From: an uncultured virus (IMG/VR IMGVR_UViG_3300031993_000052)
Taxonomy: Duplodnaviria > Heunggongvirae > Uroviricota > Caudoviricetes
Length of the DNA: 64,000 nucleotides
Virus record (IMG/VR): IMGVR_UViG_3300031993_000052
Location: 1 to 64,000 of that record
Strand: one strand, 5' to 3'
Below are positions 19,441 to 29,724 of the stretch, in pieces. The notes beneath the pieces are model-generated. The model did not search any database. It saw nothing but the letters and a program-made list of their open reading frames with translations, and was not told the origin of the DNA. Within the stretch, counting starts at the first letter, position 1, and every line of letters starts with the position of its first letter. A program made the translations under genes and the position numbers.

Positions 19441-20979
19441 ATGCTGCTTGACTACATACAAATCGGACAAACCATAAGCGTGTCCTATTACGGAAAGGAC
19501 GGAAAGACGCATATCAAGGACATTCAAATTCCTGACGACCAATTCTTCAACTGGAAATACTGTTCCTCCCAAAACAGCAAGGAACGAGACCCGAACAGGG
19601 TGAGTTGGGATGACAAGGCGGTGAAGAAAGCGTTTATTCCGTATCAGGAAACCTATACTGACAAAACGAGCGGAAAGAAAAGGTCGAGGACTGTCAACAG
19701 TCTGTCCATTTTCAGGATTGCCGAAATCATAGACGACCTACCGAAGGACGAATATGACGAGATTTTCGAGTACAACCTTCCGCGGACATTCTTCGTCGAT
19801 ATTGAAACAGGAATCGACAACGAACTGACGGTGAAGGAGTCTGCGGTGCAGACAAGGAAACCGATAACTGTAATCGGCATAGCGACGCCTGAAAAGGACG
19901 TGATTGTGTTGAGTTCGGAAAAAGACCTTACCGCAAGGGAGAAATCGGAGATACAGTTCGATATGGACAACCACACGAAGCATTACGGGGCGAAGTTCAA
20001 CTTCAGGTTCAAGTGCTTCGGTTCCGAAGTCGCGATGCTGAAATACTTTCTTGGGAGTATGGTGTCCAAGTTCCCTATGATGACAGGTTGGAACTTCATC
20101 GACTTTGACTGGAAGTACATCATCAACCGCTCGACAAAACTCGGTATCAAAGACCCCGTGAAGTTGGCGTCCCCCATCGGGGAGGCGGTCGGGAAAGACC
20201 CGAAGTTCCCCGCACACGTCGGCGTGATTGACTATATGCAGGCGTATGCAAAGTGGGACACAAGCATACAGCAGAAGGAAAACCTGAAACTCGACCAAGC
20301 GGGAAGCGATGTTCTCGGTGTGAAGAAGGTTTCGTATGACGGCACGCTCGACGACCTGTACGAAAAGGACTTCAAGAAATATGTCTATTACAATGTGATT
20401 GACTGCGCGTTGGTCGCTATGCTGCACGACAAACTCGGTGTTTCGGCAATCGGAAACACACTGACCTATATCGCCAAATGCCCGACTATGCGTATGTTCT
20501 CCCCTGTGTCCCTTACAGAAAGCATTATGGCGAGGGACTACTATGCGCAGGGGAAGGTTCTGCCTGTCGTGGAAATGAACTCCGTGCAGCAACCCTATGA
20601 CGGGGCGTATGTGAAGAAACCCGAAGTCGGGTTCCACATCAACTGTATATGCAACGACTTCGCCTCCCTGTACCCGAATATCATCAGAGAGTTGAACTTG
20701 AGTCCCGAAACGCTTGTGGAGAAACTTCTGGAAACCGACATAGCGGGCAAGACAAGACGTCTTGAAGAAGGGTATATCGTGTCGGAGAGCGGTTGCGTGT
20801 TCAAACAAGACCCCGGTGTCTTCAGCACGCTTGTCGGTCGTGTCTACAATCAGAGAAAGTCGTACAAGAAAACCGCGGTGCAGGCGAGCATCAAGGCGAA
20901 ACTGCTCGAAGACCTTTTGAAGCGGACAGACCTGACCGACGCTGAAATAGAGTCGGAGTATGAAAAAATCATAAGTTAG
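19441..20979 (+). CDS. family B DNA polymerase, N-terminal subunit (3'-5' exonuclease + motif A)
   Basis: FVDIET (ExoI), TGWNFIDFDWKYI (ExoII), YNVID (ExoIII), DFASLYPNII (motif A); ends in the first finger helix RKSYKK. Confidence 0.9.
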   Translation: MLLDYIQIGQTISVSYYGKDGKTHIKDIQIPDDQFFNWKYCSSQNSKERDPNRVSWDDKAVKKAFIPYQETYTDKTSGKKRSRTVNSLSIFRIAEIIDDLPKDEYDEIFEYNLPRTFFVDIETGIDNELTVKESAVQTRKPITVIGIATPEKDVIVLSSEKDLTAREKSEIQFDMDNHTKHYGAKFNFRFKCFGSEVAMLKYFLGSMVSKFPMMTGWNFIDFDWKYIINRSTKLGIKDPVKLASPIGEAVGKDPKFPAHVGVIDYMQAYAKWDTSIQQKENLKLDQAGSDVLGVKKVSYDGTLDDLYEKDFKKYVYYNVIDCALVAMLHDKLGVSAIGNTLTYIAKCPTMRMFSPVSLTESIMARDYYAQGKVLPVVEMNSVQQPYDGAYVKKPEVGFHINCICNDFASLYPNIIRELNLSPETLVEKLLETDIAGKTRRLEEGYIVSESGCVFKQDPGVFSTLVGRVYNQRKSYKKTAVQASIKAKLLEDLLKRTDLTDAEIESEYEKIIS

Positions 20980-21053
20980 AAGTTAAAAACGAAAACTTTT
21001 TTGTTATATTAAATATATCAACGATATATCAACTTAAATCAAACCAAAACAAT

Positions 21054-21857
21054 ATGAAATCTTCCTTTAGAATGAAAGATTGCAGCAAAAGCGCGCTGCA
21101 AAACATCATCAAGCAGATGATGATTGTCGACAAGTACATCAACATCCGTATCACGGAGAACTTCGTGGATTCTTCCTCCTACCTTCCCGCCCACGACGTC
21201 GTGAAGTATATGAGGATTCCGAACAACACTTTGTTCAGCAATCCATACGACCTCGACAAACCAATCCGTATGTCGTTCCTGACAGGCACGAAACTCCTTA
21301 TTCTCTTGAGTCAGTTCGAGAGCGACGAGACCATTGACCTTGATGTGCATTATGACGCGCAGACCGACGGTGACGAATACTATGCAATGAAAGTCGTCCT
21401 TGTCGGAAAGAACCTTGAAATCACGGAAGTGTGCGCCGACCAACGCTATGACAGCATCAACATCAAACCGATTCCCGACGACACAATGGCACGCCTTCTC
21501 GACACAAGCGGCAGCGTGCTCGATTTCCGTATCACGAAGGACGACCTCCGTTCCATCAAGTCACTCGGAACAATCGACAAGGACTGCAAGCGTTTTGAAT
21601 ATGTCGTGAACAACGGCGAGGTTTCAATCCGCGAGCGCAGCGACTATGACGTGGAAGACAGCGTCATCTACAACAAGGTCATCACGAATGTTGAGGGTGC
21701 TGACGATGAAAAATATCTCTGCAACAAAAACGTGTTCGGCGTGATGAACCATTCAGGCGACTATGACGTTCAGGTCTGCATTGGCGAACCTATCAGCAAA
21801 GTTGTCTATACGCACAATTCGGACGCGCTTACAATCAACGTAATCGCCTGTATCTAA
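21054..21857 (+). CDS. putative DNA sliding clamp (gp45-like)
   Basis: 267 aa, acidic, alternating alpha/beta, next to the polymerase; no decisive motif. Confidence 0.4.
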   Translation: MKSSFRMKDCSKSALQNIIKQMMIVDKYINIRITENFVDSSSYLPAHDVVKYMRIPNNTLFSNPYDLDKPIRMSFLTGTKLLILLSQFESDETIDLDVHYDAQTDGDEYYAMKVVLVGKNLEITEVCADQRYDSINIKPIPDDTMARLLDTSGSVLDFRITKDDLRSIKSLGTIDKDCKRFEYVVNNGEVSIRERSDYDVEDSVIYNKVITNVEGADDEKYLCNKNVFGVMNHSGDYDVQVCIGEPISKVVYTHNSDALTINVIACI

Positions 21858-21862
21858 AAGGT

Positions 21863-22144
21863 ATGATTGCAGTAAACAACTATATCATTGTAAGGAAGGA
21901 TTCAGATGCACTTATGAAGGGCGGCATAATCTTGCCGTCCTTTCGTGAGCGCAACGGAGAGGTAGGGTTCCCGTTCAGCGGGGTTGTGGAGTCTGTCGGG
22001 GATTTGGTTTCCGACATCCACACAGGCGACCACATTGTGTTTGACGACCTTTGCAGTCCGTGGGTGATAGACGACGAGGACAACAACAGTCTTATCCTTA
22101 TAATGAAAGACACCGATATAATTTGCATTTTGAATGGACAGTAA
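21863..22144 (+). CDS. co-chaperonin GroES-like
   Basis: 93 aa: YIIVR...KGGIILP...GVVESVG...GDHIVF...LILIMKDTDIICIL. Confidence 0.8.
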   Translation: MIAVNNYIIVRKDSDALMKGGIILPSFRERNGEVGFPFSGVVESVGDLVSDIHTGDHIVFDDLCSPWVIDDEDNNSLILIMKDTDIICILNGQ

Positions 22145-23738
22145 TTTTGTCAAGTATGTTTTGCAACACGGAGGACTTTTGAAAAAACTTCAAATCCCTG
22201 TGGAGATGTCGGAGGGACTTGGTTTGTGCAATCCCTCCGTTTTTGTTGACGGCGACAGGGTTGTCGCCAACATAAGGAGGGTGAACTATATGCTGCACCT
22301 TTCGCCGTCGCACAGATGGAACTCGGCGTTCGGTCCCACGAACTACCACCATCCCGACAACGACGTGAACCTGCGTACGGAGAACTATGTCTGCGAACTC
22401 GACAGCGACCTCAACATCATAGACGGCAGTGTCAGGCACGTCGACTATTCCAAATTCAATACCGACGCGAAATGGAGTTTTGTCGGCGAGGAGGACGCGA
22501 GGGTTGTGAGATGGGACTGGAAGATGTTCCTTACAGGTTGCCGCCGTGACACCGAAAACACAGGGAAGTCAAGGATGGAATTGAGCGAAATTGACGAAAA
22601 CGGAGTTGAAGTGTCACGCTCAAGGATACCTGCGCCGTTCAACGACGACGCCTATTGCGAGAAGAATTGGATGCCTGTCGTCGGCGAACCCTACACCTAT
22701 GTGAAATGGTGCAACCCGTTGCAGGTTGTGAAATACGACCCTGTTTCAAAAAAGACCGAAGAGGTTGTGCTGAACAAATACACCATCGAGTGCAAGGGGG
22801 AACTCTGCGACCTTCGCGGGAGCAGTCAGGTCATAGATGTGTGCGGGTACAGGATTGCCCTTGTGCACGAGGTCAAACTTTGGTACAACCGATACGGTGA
22901 ACGGGAGGCGAGATACTATAACAGGTTCATTGTTTGGGACGAGTGTTGGAACATCGTCACGCTTTCGGACAGGTTTCTGTTTATGGGGTTCCCAATCGAG
23001 TTCACAACAGGACTTGCGTACAAGGACGGGATGTTCATAATACCGTTCAGCGTGCTTGACAACGCCGCGTTTGTCTGCAAAGTGAAAAAGGACGCTATAT
23101 TCAAATATCTCGGACTTCCCTGCGGAGGTGCGGAAGAGCATTCAGGCGAACTGCTCGGAACCGACAAAGACCTGTATGCCTTTGTTATGGACAGCACAAA
23201 TCCCCACCTTTCATACAACATCGGTCTGCATTATTTTTCGGAAAAGCAGTGGTGCGGCGCCCACGCGTTTTTTATGCACGCCGCCGAACTGTCCGCGGAG
23301 AACAGGGGAATGTTCAGGGACGTGGGGTATGACGCATTTTATATGGCGCAGAAATGCCTTGAGTTCGCAGGTCGGAGAATCGAGAAAATGATACGCCAAT
23401 ACGCCCAACTGATAGATTGGGATTCCTCAAGGTGCGAGGCGTACTATGAACTGTCGAGGGTGAACTACGGCGGCACCGAAAACCGAGGGGACTATTATAC
23501 CGCACTTGGGTATGCCTCTGTCGTGAGGGACAAGGTTTCTGAAAATATGAAACTTGTACGGGGTTTTTGGGACGTTCTCCCTGTGAAGAATGTGATGGAC
23601 AGGTTTCTTATGCAATACTATATATGCTGCTACAGATGCGGCAAGGACTATGTCGCCGTCGACGGTCTGAAGAACCTCATCGAAAACGGCAGCAAGGACG
23701 TAAGCGACTATATAAAATCACTTGGACTTTCATTATGA
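22134..23738 (+). CDS. beta-propeller glycosidase-like domain + TPR-like C-terminus
   Basis: NPSVF, GEEDAR, EKNWMP, LRGSSQ, IEFTTGL motifs; helical C-terminal half. Confidence 0.6.
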   Translation: MDSNFVKYVLQHGGLLKKLQIPVEMSEGLGLCNPSVFVDGDRVVANIRRVNYMLHLSPSHRWNSAFGPTNYHHPDNDVNLRTENYVCELDSDLNIIDGSVRHVDYSKFNTDAKWSFVGEEDARVVRWDWKMFLTGCRRDTENTGKSRMELSEIDENGVEVSRSRIPAPFNDDAYCEKNWMPVVGEPYTYVKWCNPLQVVKYDPVSKKTEEVVLNKYTIECKGELCDLRGSSQVIDVCGYRIALVHEVKLWYNRYGEREARYYNRFIVWDECWNIVTLSDRFLFMGFPIEFTTGLAYKDGMFIIPFSVLDNAAFVCKVKKDAIFKYLGLPCGGAEEHSGELLGTDKDLYAFVMDSTNPHLSYNIGLHYFSEKQWCGAHAFFMHAAELSAENRGMFRDVGYDAFYMAQKCLEFAGRRIEKMIRQYAQLIDWDSSRCEAYYELSRVNYGGTENRGDYYTALGYASVVRDKVSENMKLVRGFWDVLPVKNVMDRFLMQYYICCYRCGKDYVAVDGLKNLIENGSKDVSDYIKSLGLSL

Positions 23739-24955
23739 TTTCACTTGCAAAACTTGTTTCGCAGCACGGCGTTGTGAAAATGATTGACACCCACAGCGTG
23801 CATAGTCTGAACAACGGCATAACAAACCCCTCCATATTGAAACACAAGGGAAAGGTTGTTATGAGTTTCCGCTCGCCGAGTTACACCTTCCTGTCGTACA
23901 GGTTCCACAACCCAAACGACAGGAACATCGTGTACTATCCTGAAAACAGGAGCGACATACCCGTTCAGTTCACATCATACAACTATCTATGCGATTTCGA
24001 CACACAGACGCTTTCTGTCACCGACAGCAGGGATGTGCTGTGCGATTTCGACAGGAACGGGGGCGAACTCTACAGAGGGTACGAGGATATGCGACTTTTT
24101 TCGGACGGGGACGACCTTATGTGTTCGGCGAGCGTGTTCAAGGATTGGTCGCATATTGATATGACTGTTGGAAAAGTCTTCGGCGATGGAGTCAGACACA
24201 GGTTGAGCATAACAGGCGTTGAGAAGAATTGGATGCCTGTTCTCGGACGACCGAATGTGTTTGTCCATACCGTCCCCAATGTTGTGATAGACACGGGCGG
24301 CGGCAACGTTTCGTTTGTCCGTGACGGGGACAGTACTATGAAATACAGCGGTTCCACCCAACTGCATCCATACAAAGATGGTTATATCGGTGTGTGTCAT
24401 AAAAGGTTCCAACATTCCTGCATAAAGGCGGTTGGTTGGGGGTATTTCCACAAGTTCGTTTATTGGAACTCGGAACTTGAAATCGAGGCGGAGTCCGATT
24501 GGTTTTCGTTCGCCAATCTTCCGATAGAGTTTACTTGCGGTATACTGATAGAAGGGAACGACGTCATACTCCCGTTCAGCGTGTTCGACAACGCCTCGTT
24601 TGTTATGAAGTTCGACGTTTCGCTTATCGAGAATATGCTGTATGGGACGAACATTGTGTCAAGGGACTATGGAACCAATCTCCTGAACGGCGCTTTGCGT
24701 ATGAACACCGAAGAGAAGGTTTCGGAGGTTGTCTGCTCGCACATATTGCATTGTTCCGACAACCCAGCCGCGAAGACCGCCTGTTATGCCTATCTCGCCA
24801 CGTTTATGCCGCCAAGGACATCAATGGAACTTTATACAAGGTGCCTTTGCGAGGTGAAGAAAATAGACATACGTCACGGCAACCATTTTCCGCAGGCGTT
24901 GGTGGCGCAGGATTCTATAAGAAACCAAATTTCAGTTTTTTTTGAAAACGAGTGA
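23735..24955 (+). CDS. paralogous beta-propeller glycosidase-like protein
   Basis: NPSI, GYEDMR, EKNWMP, SGSTQ, IEFTCGI; tandem paralogue of the previous gene. Confidence 0.6.
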   Translation: MISLAKLVSQHGVVKMIDTHSVHSLNNGITNPSILKHKGKVVMSFRSPSYTFLSYRFHNPNDRNIVYYPENRSDIPVQFTSYNYLCDFDTQTLSVTDSRDVLCDFDRNGGELYRGYEDMRLFSDGDDLMCSASVFKDWSHIDMTVGKVFGDGVRHRLSITGVEKNWMPVLGRPNVFVHTVPNVVIDTGGGNVSFVRDGDSTMKYSGSTQLHPYKDGYIGVCHKRFQHSCIKAVGWGYFHKFVYWNSELEIEAESDWFSFANLPIEFTCGILIEGNDVILPFSVFDNASFVMKFDVSLIENMLYGTNIVSRDYGTNLLNGALRMNTEEKVSEVVCSHILHCSDNPAAKTACYAYLATFMPPRTSMELYTRCLCEVKKIDIRHGNHFPQALVAQDSIRNQISVFFENE

Positions 24956-25016
24956 AAACAAAATTTCCATTATATTCAAGAAAAAAAAACAAAAAATATA
25001 TTAACGATATATCACT

Positions 25017-25565
25017 ATGAAGAAAATAATGAAGTCCAACGAGTTCATCAAAGAACAGAAGAAAAACTTTTCAATCAAAAAGGACGGCAAGACTTATTGG
25101 GTGAGTCGTTCAATCGCGGTTCTCGGTCTTGTCATCGCAGAGAGGGGTGGTGAACACTATATCCTCGTGAACAAGAGGGGCGACGGTTGCCCTGACTTCA
25201 ACGGTATGTGGAACATCCCCTGCGGGTATCTCGACTACAACGAGACCACGAAGGAGGCGGTCTCACGCGAGATTTGGGAGGAGTGCGGTGTCAGAATCGA
25301 ACCGTCGGCGTTCACCTTGTACAGCATCAACGATGACCCGCACGAAGGTGAGTCGCAGAATGTCACAATCCGCTATGTGGCGAGGGTTCCTGAAAGCGTT
25401 ATGGACATTCCGTTGAACAACGGCAATTCGGAAAAGGACGAGGTTGACGGCATTATGTGGATGAATGTGAACGACATCGAGAACTATGATTGGGCGTTCA
25501 ACCACCGCTTTTTGCTGCGGAACATCCTGACGAATTTCAATCTTTTTCCGAGAGTTTCAAAATAA
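25017..25565 (+). CDS. Nudix hydrolase
   Basis: Nudix box GYLDYNETTKEAVSREIWEECG. Confidence 0.9.
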   Translation: MKKIMKSNEFIKEQKKNFSIKKDGKTYWVSRSIAVLGLVIAERGGEHYILVNKRGDGCPDFNGMWNIPCGYLDYNETTKEAVSREIWEECGVRIEPSAFTLYSINDDPHEGESQNVTIRYVARVPESVMDIPLNNGNSEKDEVDGIMWMNVNDIENYDWAFNHRFLLRNILTNFNLFPRVSK

Positions 25566-25633
25566 CGGTTGTGACATAATTGAAAAAAACAGCAACAAGT
25601 AGTAAAAAACTCTGCATTTTTTATTATATTCAA

Positions 25634-25860
25634 ATGTGGGGGCATAAGCAACCACATACGTTCTTTGAAAAAAGGTCTGACAAGAACCATCACAGCAAAC
25701 TCAAAATCCATAAAAATCAATTAGTAAGTCTTTGTTTTTGTTTTCGCCCGCCGAACAATCCCTCAAACCAATGACGGGCACCCGCAGGTTCTTGTGGCGT
25801 CAGACCTATCGGGGACGCCTTCTGGTGTCCCTTACTGAAAACAATGGGGTAACACCCAAT
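25634..25860 (+). ncRNA. putative structured non-coding RNA(s) behind their own promoter
   Basis: Hairpins ATGTGG/CCACAT; AGGTCTGAC-AAGAACC/GGTTCTT-GTCAGACCT enclosing CACAGCAAAC; GGGACGCC/GGTGTCCC. No credible ORF. Confidence 0.55.
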
Positions 25861-25869
25861 TACAATATA

Positions 25870-25940
25870 AAGGCGGTTCAGCAAACCTTTCGTTTTAAGC
25901 ATCAAACTTTTAATTTGAAATCGCTAAACAGACCGCCTTG
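25870..25940 (+). ncRNA. CAGCAAAC-scaffold RNA with Lys(UUU) anticodon stem-loop
   Basis: AAGGCGGT/ACCGCCTT outer stem, CAGCAAAC, inner TCAAA-CTTTTAA-TTTGA; homologous to 60217-60577. Confidence 0.7.
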
Positions 25941-25976
25941 TTTTTTTTTTTGAAAAACCAATAAAAACAAAGATAT

Positions 25977-26252
25977 ATGGACAACATTAACGGCAAAAAC
26001 TTAATCCAAAACACGACACCTATCGTATGCGAGGAATGCGGACACAATGTGTTCACCCCCGCATTTTTCCTACGCAAGGTGAGCAGACTGCTCATCGGCG
26101 CACAGGAGGACGGCATTATGCCAATCCAATTCGGGTTTGCCTGTGCCAAGTGCGGACACATCAACAGCGATTTCAAACCAGAAGGACTTGATGAGAACTC
26201 GGAGGGGGAAAAGAAGGATGAGGAAAAGAAGTCCGACCTGATTATTTTGTAA
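25977..26252 (+). CDS. zinc-ribbon hypothetical protein
   Basis: CEECG...CAKCG. Confidence 0.75.
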   Translation: MDNINGKNLIQNTTPIVCEECGHNVFTPAFFLRKVSRLLIGAQEDGIMPIQFGFACAKCGHINSDFKPEGLDENSEGEKKDEEKKSDLIIL

Positions 26253-26271
26253 TAACAACAAAAGAAAGATT

Positions 26272-26997
26272 ATGATAAGCAACGAACAATTATCAAAACT
26301 CGCGATGCGTCCCGTCCCTTCCGCGACGGCGACCTATTCGCCTATTTCCAATTTGGAAATCCACGATACCATCATCGAGGAGGCGGGCAGAAACGGGTTT
26401 GAGGTCAACGGCCTTTATGTCAAGACCAAAAGCGGTACAAACTGCATCGCAATGTATGGTCTGACCGACTTGTTGCAGGAACCGAAAGATTCCGAAATCG
26501 GAATCCGTGTGGGTTTCAAGAACAGTTATGACAGAACTATGTCGTTCGGTTTCGCTCTCGGCAGTGTTGTGTTCATCTGCGGAAACGGTATGGTTTCAGG
26601 CGAGTACACCATCAAGAAACGCCACAGTATGCGGGACATCGACACCTATGCCAAAGAACTCATCCGAGAGTATTTCGGACAGGTCAGGGGTGAGCACGAA
26701 CGCAACCTGAAATTTATGAAAGACCTGAAGCAGCAGACTGTCACGGAGAAAATGGCAAAGGAGATTGTCGGCGGACTTTTTATAAATAATCGTGTGATTA
26801 ACCAATCGCAACTGCGTGAAATGACGCGTCAGATGTATGCGTCGGACAAGTTCAACAACTTCGGCACTTCAGGTGTCATCAGCGGTTGGGATTTGTACAA
26901 TCACGGGACAGAGGCACTCAAATCGTCAGCAAATGGAAACTCATTCGCCAAGCACATCGGATACAATGAATATTTCAGAGAGTTCTTTGGACTCTGA
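26272..26997 (+). CDS. DUF932-like protein
   Basis: NSYDRTMS...VFICGNGM...W.LYN..TE pattern. Confidence 0.6.
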   Translation: MISNEQLSKLAMRPVPSATATYSPISNLEIHDTIIEEAGRNGFEVNGLYVKTKSGTNCIAMYGLTDLLQEPKDSEIGIRVGFKNSYDRTMSFGFALGSVVFICGNGMVSGEYTIKKRHSMRDIDTYAKELIREYFGQVRGEHERNLKFMKDLKQQTVTEKMAKEIVGGLFINNRVINQSQLREMTRQMYASDKFNNFGTSGVISGWDLYNHGTEALKSSANGNSFAKHIGYNEYFREFFGL

Positions 26998-27169
26998 AGT
27001 TGACGAAGTTGTCGACAGACTTCTGTCGGAAAGGGACGCGAAGAAACGCAAACTGAAATTCTTCACTGACGGACTTTTCAATTCAGACGGACTTGAAGAC
27101 GACATTGACTCGAAGTTCAACACGGGCGACGCCGTAGAGAGGGTGGAACCTGAAATAATCTACATTTAG
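26966..27169 (+). CDS. small acidic hypothetical protein (start uncertain)
   Basis: Fills the gap up to the RNase H start. Confidence 0.4.
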   Translation: MNISESSLDSEVDEVVDRLLSERDAKKRKLKFFTDGLFNSDGLEDDIDSKFNTGDAVERVEPEIIYI

Positions 27170-27170
27170 A

Positions 27171-28322
27171 ATGAAATATACTTTAATAATAGACGGTCAT
27201 AATTTTCTGTTCAGAAGTCTTTACGTCCTTCCGCAAAAGAAGGGCGTGAAGATTTTGTCAGACAAAGAGTCGAAGGATATGTTCGTGTCGAAACTTGAAC
27301 AGAACATAAATGCCGTCCTGCGGGATATGGAACCTGTTATCGACAGGTGCATCATCGCCCTTGATTCCCAATCTTGGAGAAAGAGCATAGATTCGGACGT
27401 GGACTACAAGGGCACGCGACATCAGGAGGACACCATCGACTGGGGCGGTTTCTCCGAATGTATGCACACCTTTGTCGACGGTCTTGGGAAGTACAACATA
27501 ACCGTTTCAAAGACAAAGATGGCGGAGGCGGACGACCTCATCTTCTATTGGTCGCACCTCCTCAACAACAAGGGAATCCCTGTAATCATCTATTCGAGCG
27601 ACAAGGATATGTTGCAGATTGTCGGAGTGACGGACAAAAAGACCGACACGATACTCTATTCGGACGTGACGAAGAAAATCTATGTCCCTGTGGGGTTTGA
27701 GAAACTCGCAAAGAACGATTGCGTCAGTGTATATGACACATTTGTCGCTGGCGGGATTTACGACATCTACGACCGTTTCGCACATCTGAAAGTGCTTGTA
27801 AGCAAGCGCAAACTTGAAATGATTGAGGTCGACGCCGACAGGTTCAGGTTCGTCAAGGTGCTGACAGGCGACAAGAGCGACAATATATCCTCGATATATT
27901 CATACGAGAAAAACGGTCGCACGTTCAATGTCACGGAGGCGAAGGCGGAAAAGATACTTGAGGATTTCACATCGAAGGTAGGTGCGCTGAACAGCGAATA
28001 CCTGTATGTGGACGACACCATAGGCGTCCTTGCGGAGTCCTGTTCAAATGTTCTCAAACTCGAAGGCGAGTGCGACAACCTTGCGAAAAACATCAGACGG
28101 AACGTGAAGTATATGATGCTTTCGCTGAACGCGATACCGAACGAGGTCGCAGACAATATGCTTTCCGACATACGGGAACTTGCGAAAAAGATGAAAAAGG
28201 TGGATTTTTCGTCGGTGCATACTGCGCCTGAATCAATCATAAAGAAAACAGCAGGCATATTCAAGGGCGTTGACGCCTCCGATATGTCGTTTATAAAACC
28301 TGACAAAAATTCATTGTTCTGA
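27171..28322 (+). CDS. rnh: T4-type RNase H / 5'-3' exonuclease
   Basis: LIIDG, SWRK...YKG.R, EADDLI, SSDKDMLQ, GDKSDNI. Confidence 0.85.
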   Translation: MKYTLIIDGHNFLFRSLYVLPQKKGVKILSDKESKDMFVSKLEQNINAVLRDMEPVIDRCIIALDSQSWRKSIDSDVDYKGTRHQEDTIDWGGFSECMHTFVDGLGKYNITVSKTKMAEADDLIFYWSHLLNNKGIPVIIYSSDKDMLQIVGVTDKKTDTILYSDVTKKIYVPVGFEKLAKNDCVSVYDTFVAGGIYDIYDRFAHLKVLVSKRKLEMIEVDADRFRFVKVLTGDKSDNISSIYSYEKNGRTFNVTEAKAEKILEDFTSKVGALNSEYLYVDDTIGVLAESCSNVLKLEGECDNLAKNIRRNVKYMMLSLNAIPNEVADNMLSDIRELAKKMKKVDFSSVHTAPESIIKKTAGIFKGVDASDMSFIKPDKNSLF

Positions 28323-28780
28323 TGGCACAGATAAATTCATCTTTTGACTTGATAGATTTCATCTTTTCAGCAAGGGACATAATGACTTGGAACTCGATAA
28401 CCACCTATGAAAAGACGAAGTATGTCTATATGCTGAACCGCACTATGGGCATCGGTTTTCCGATGCAGGCGATGATTATGAATATGATTAAGACTGACGC
28501 GCTCGGAGTCACGGAAACTTGGCGGATTATCACACAGCGTTTCTATGGAAACAAGGTTCCGAGGTTCATTTACACAAAGGCGGAGCGGAATGACAAAAAA
28601 AGCAATCCGTTGGTCGGCATCCCGAAAGAGTGCGTTGACTTTTGGTGTGAAAAACACGAGTGCGGCGACAGGGAATTCTACTCGTTGTTGGAATTGCATC
28701 CTGAACCGCTTTTGGAGGAACTGCAATACATCAAGGATAATTTCTATGAAAAACCAAAGAAAACAGAGGATGATGAATAA
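28322..28780 (+). CDS. possible clamp-loader small subunit (gp62-like)
   Basis: FDLIDFI...YMLNR.M weakly resembles gp62; size and context fit. Confidence 0.35.
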   Translation: MAQINSSFDLIDFIFSARDIMTWNSITTYEKTKYVYMLNRTMGIGFPMQAMIMNMIKTDALGVTETWRIITQRFYGNKVPRFIYTKAERNDKKSNPLVGIPKECVDFWCEKHECGDREFYSLLELHPEPLLEELQYIKDNFYEKPKKTEDDE

Positions 28781-28997
28781 GTTTTTCAAATATCTAATAT
28801 CGCTTGTCATACTGTGTATGCTTATGCTTGTGCGCTCGTTCTTTTGGGCGTTTGTGTTGCAACTTGTATGGAACGGGGTTGTTGTCGGAAACCAAATCAT
28901 AGTGTCCAATGAAATCACATATTGGCAGTCCTATCTGATTTGCGCGTTGGTGTTTTTATCAAAAAGTGTGTTTTATGCAAGAGGTACGGACAAATAA
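28770..28997 (+). CDS. small membrane protein
   Basis: Two hydrophobic segments. Confidence 0.55.
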   Translation: MMNKFFKYLISLVILCMLMLVRSFFWAFVLQLVWNGVVVGNQIIVSNEITYWQSYLICALVFLSKSVFYARGTDK

Positions 28998-29724
28998 TTT
29001 TTTTACATCGGGCGACATCATCGCCCTGCTCCATTCAGTCCTTTCGCTGACTGTGACAATATATCCCGATTCCTATGAAACGGACAGGAAGTTGTTTGAG
29101 GTAATCAAACCGAAACTGAAGAAGGGCGGAACACGTTTGAAACGCAAGTTTTCAGGTGAGGTTTTCAATTTGACCATACGCGAGATGCTCATACTGCTCG
29201 ATATGAAATACGGGTTCAGGAAATGGATGTCCGATTTTGCGTCGAAGTTTGATGTGAACGAAGGGATTGAAGCGAACTATGACAGACTTGTCAGGGACTA
29301 TTCAAGCGTGGAGATAATCATTTTTTACCGCATTTTTCCAAATCTCGCAAACATTGGAATCCAAATATACAGCGGAAATGACGAGCGCCCTGAAAGGACG
29401 AAAAACGCAACGGTTATGCGTCTTCCTGACGCGGAGATTGACGCCATAGAGGTTGTTCTCCGTGAGCATTACAGTCAGGAGATTGTTGACATAATCAACA
29501 GGTTCTGCATTGCAAACGGAACGTTCCGGAATGACGGGATGTCCCGCTCGTTCACCACCCTGTGCGACACGGTGAAGGATTTTCACAATGTCCTGCGGGC
29601 AATAAGCGAGTGGAGCGGAAACGAGGAATTATTGAAAATCCTCGTGGAACCGATAGGGTTCACCGAAATATCGGAAATCAACGACTGTGCCGTCATCATA
29701 ACAACAGACTACCCAGACCTATGA
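28975..29724 (+). CDS. hypothetical protein
   Basis: ~250-aa in-operon ORF. Confidence 0.65.
   Translation: MQEVRTNNFFTSGDIIALLHSVLSLTVTIYPDSYETDRKLFEVIKPKLKKGGTRLKRKFSGEVFNLTIREMLILLDMKYGFRKWMSDFASKFDVNEGIEANYDRLVRDYSSVEIIIFYRIFPNLANIGIQIYSGNDERPERTKNATVMRLPDAEIDAIEVVLREHYSQEIVDIINRFCIANGTFRNDGMSRSFTTLCDTVKDFHNVLRAISEWSGNEELLKILVEPIGFTEISEINDCAVIITTDYPDL

Noticed and set aside
18119..20979. Split intein or intron joining the polymerase halves
   Set aside because: No intein terminal motifs, only a 2-nt gap, and the order is reversed.
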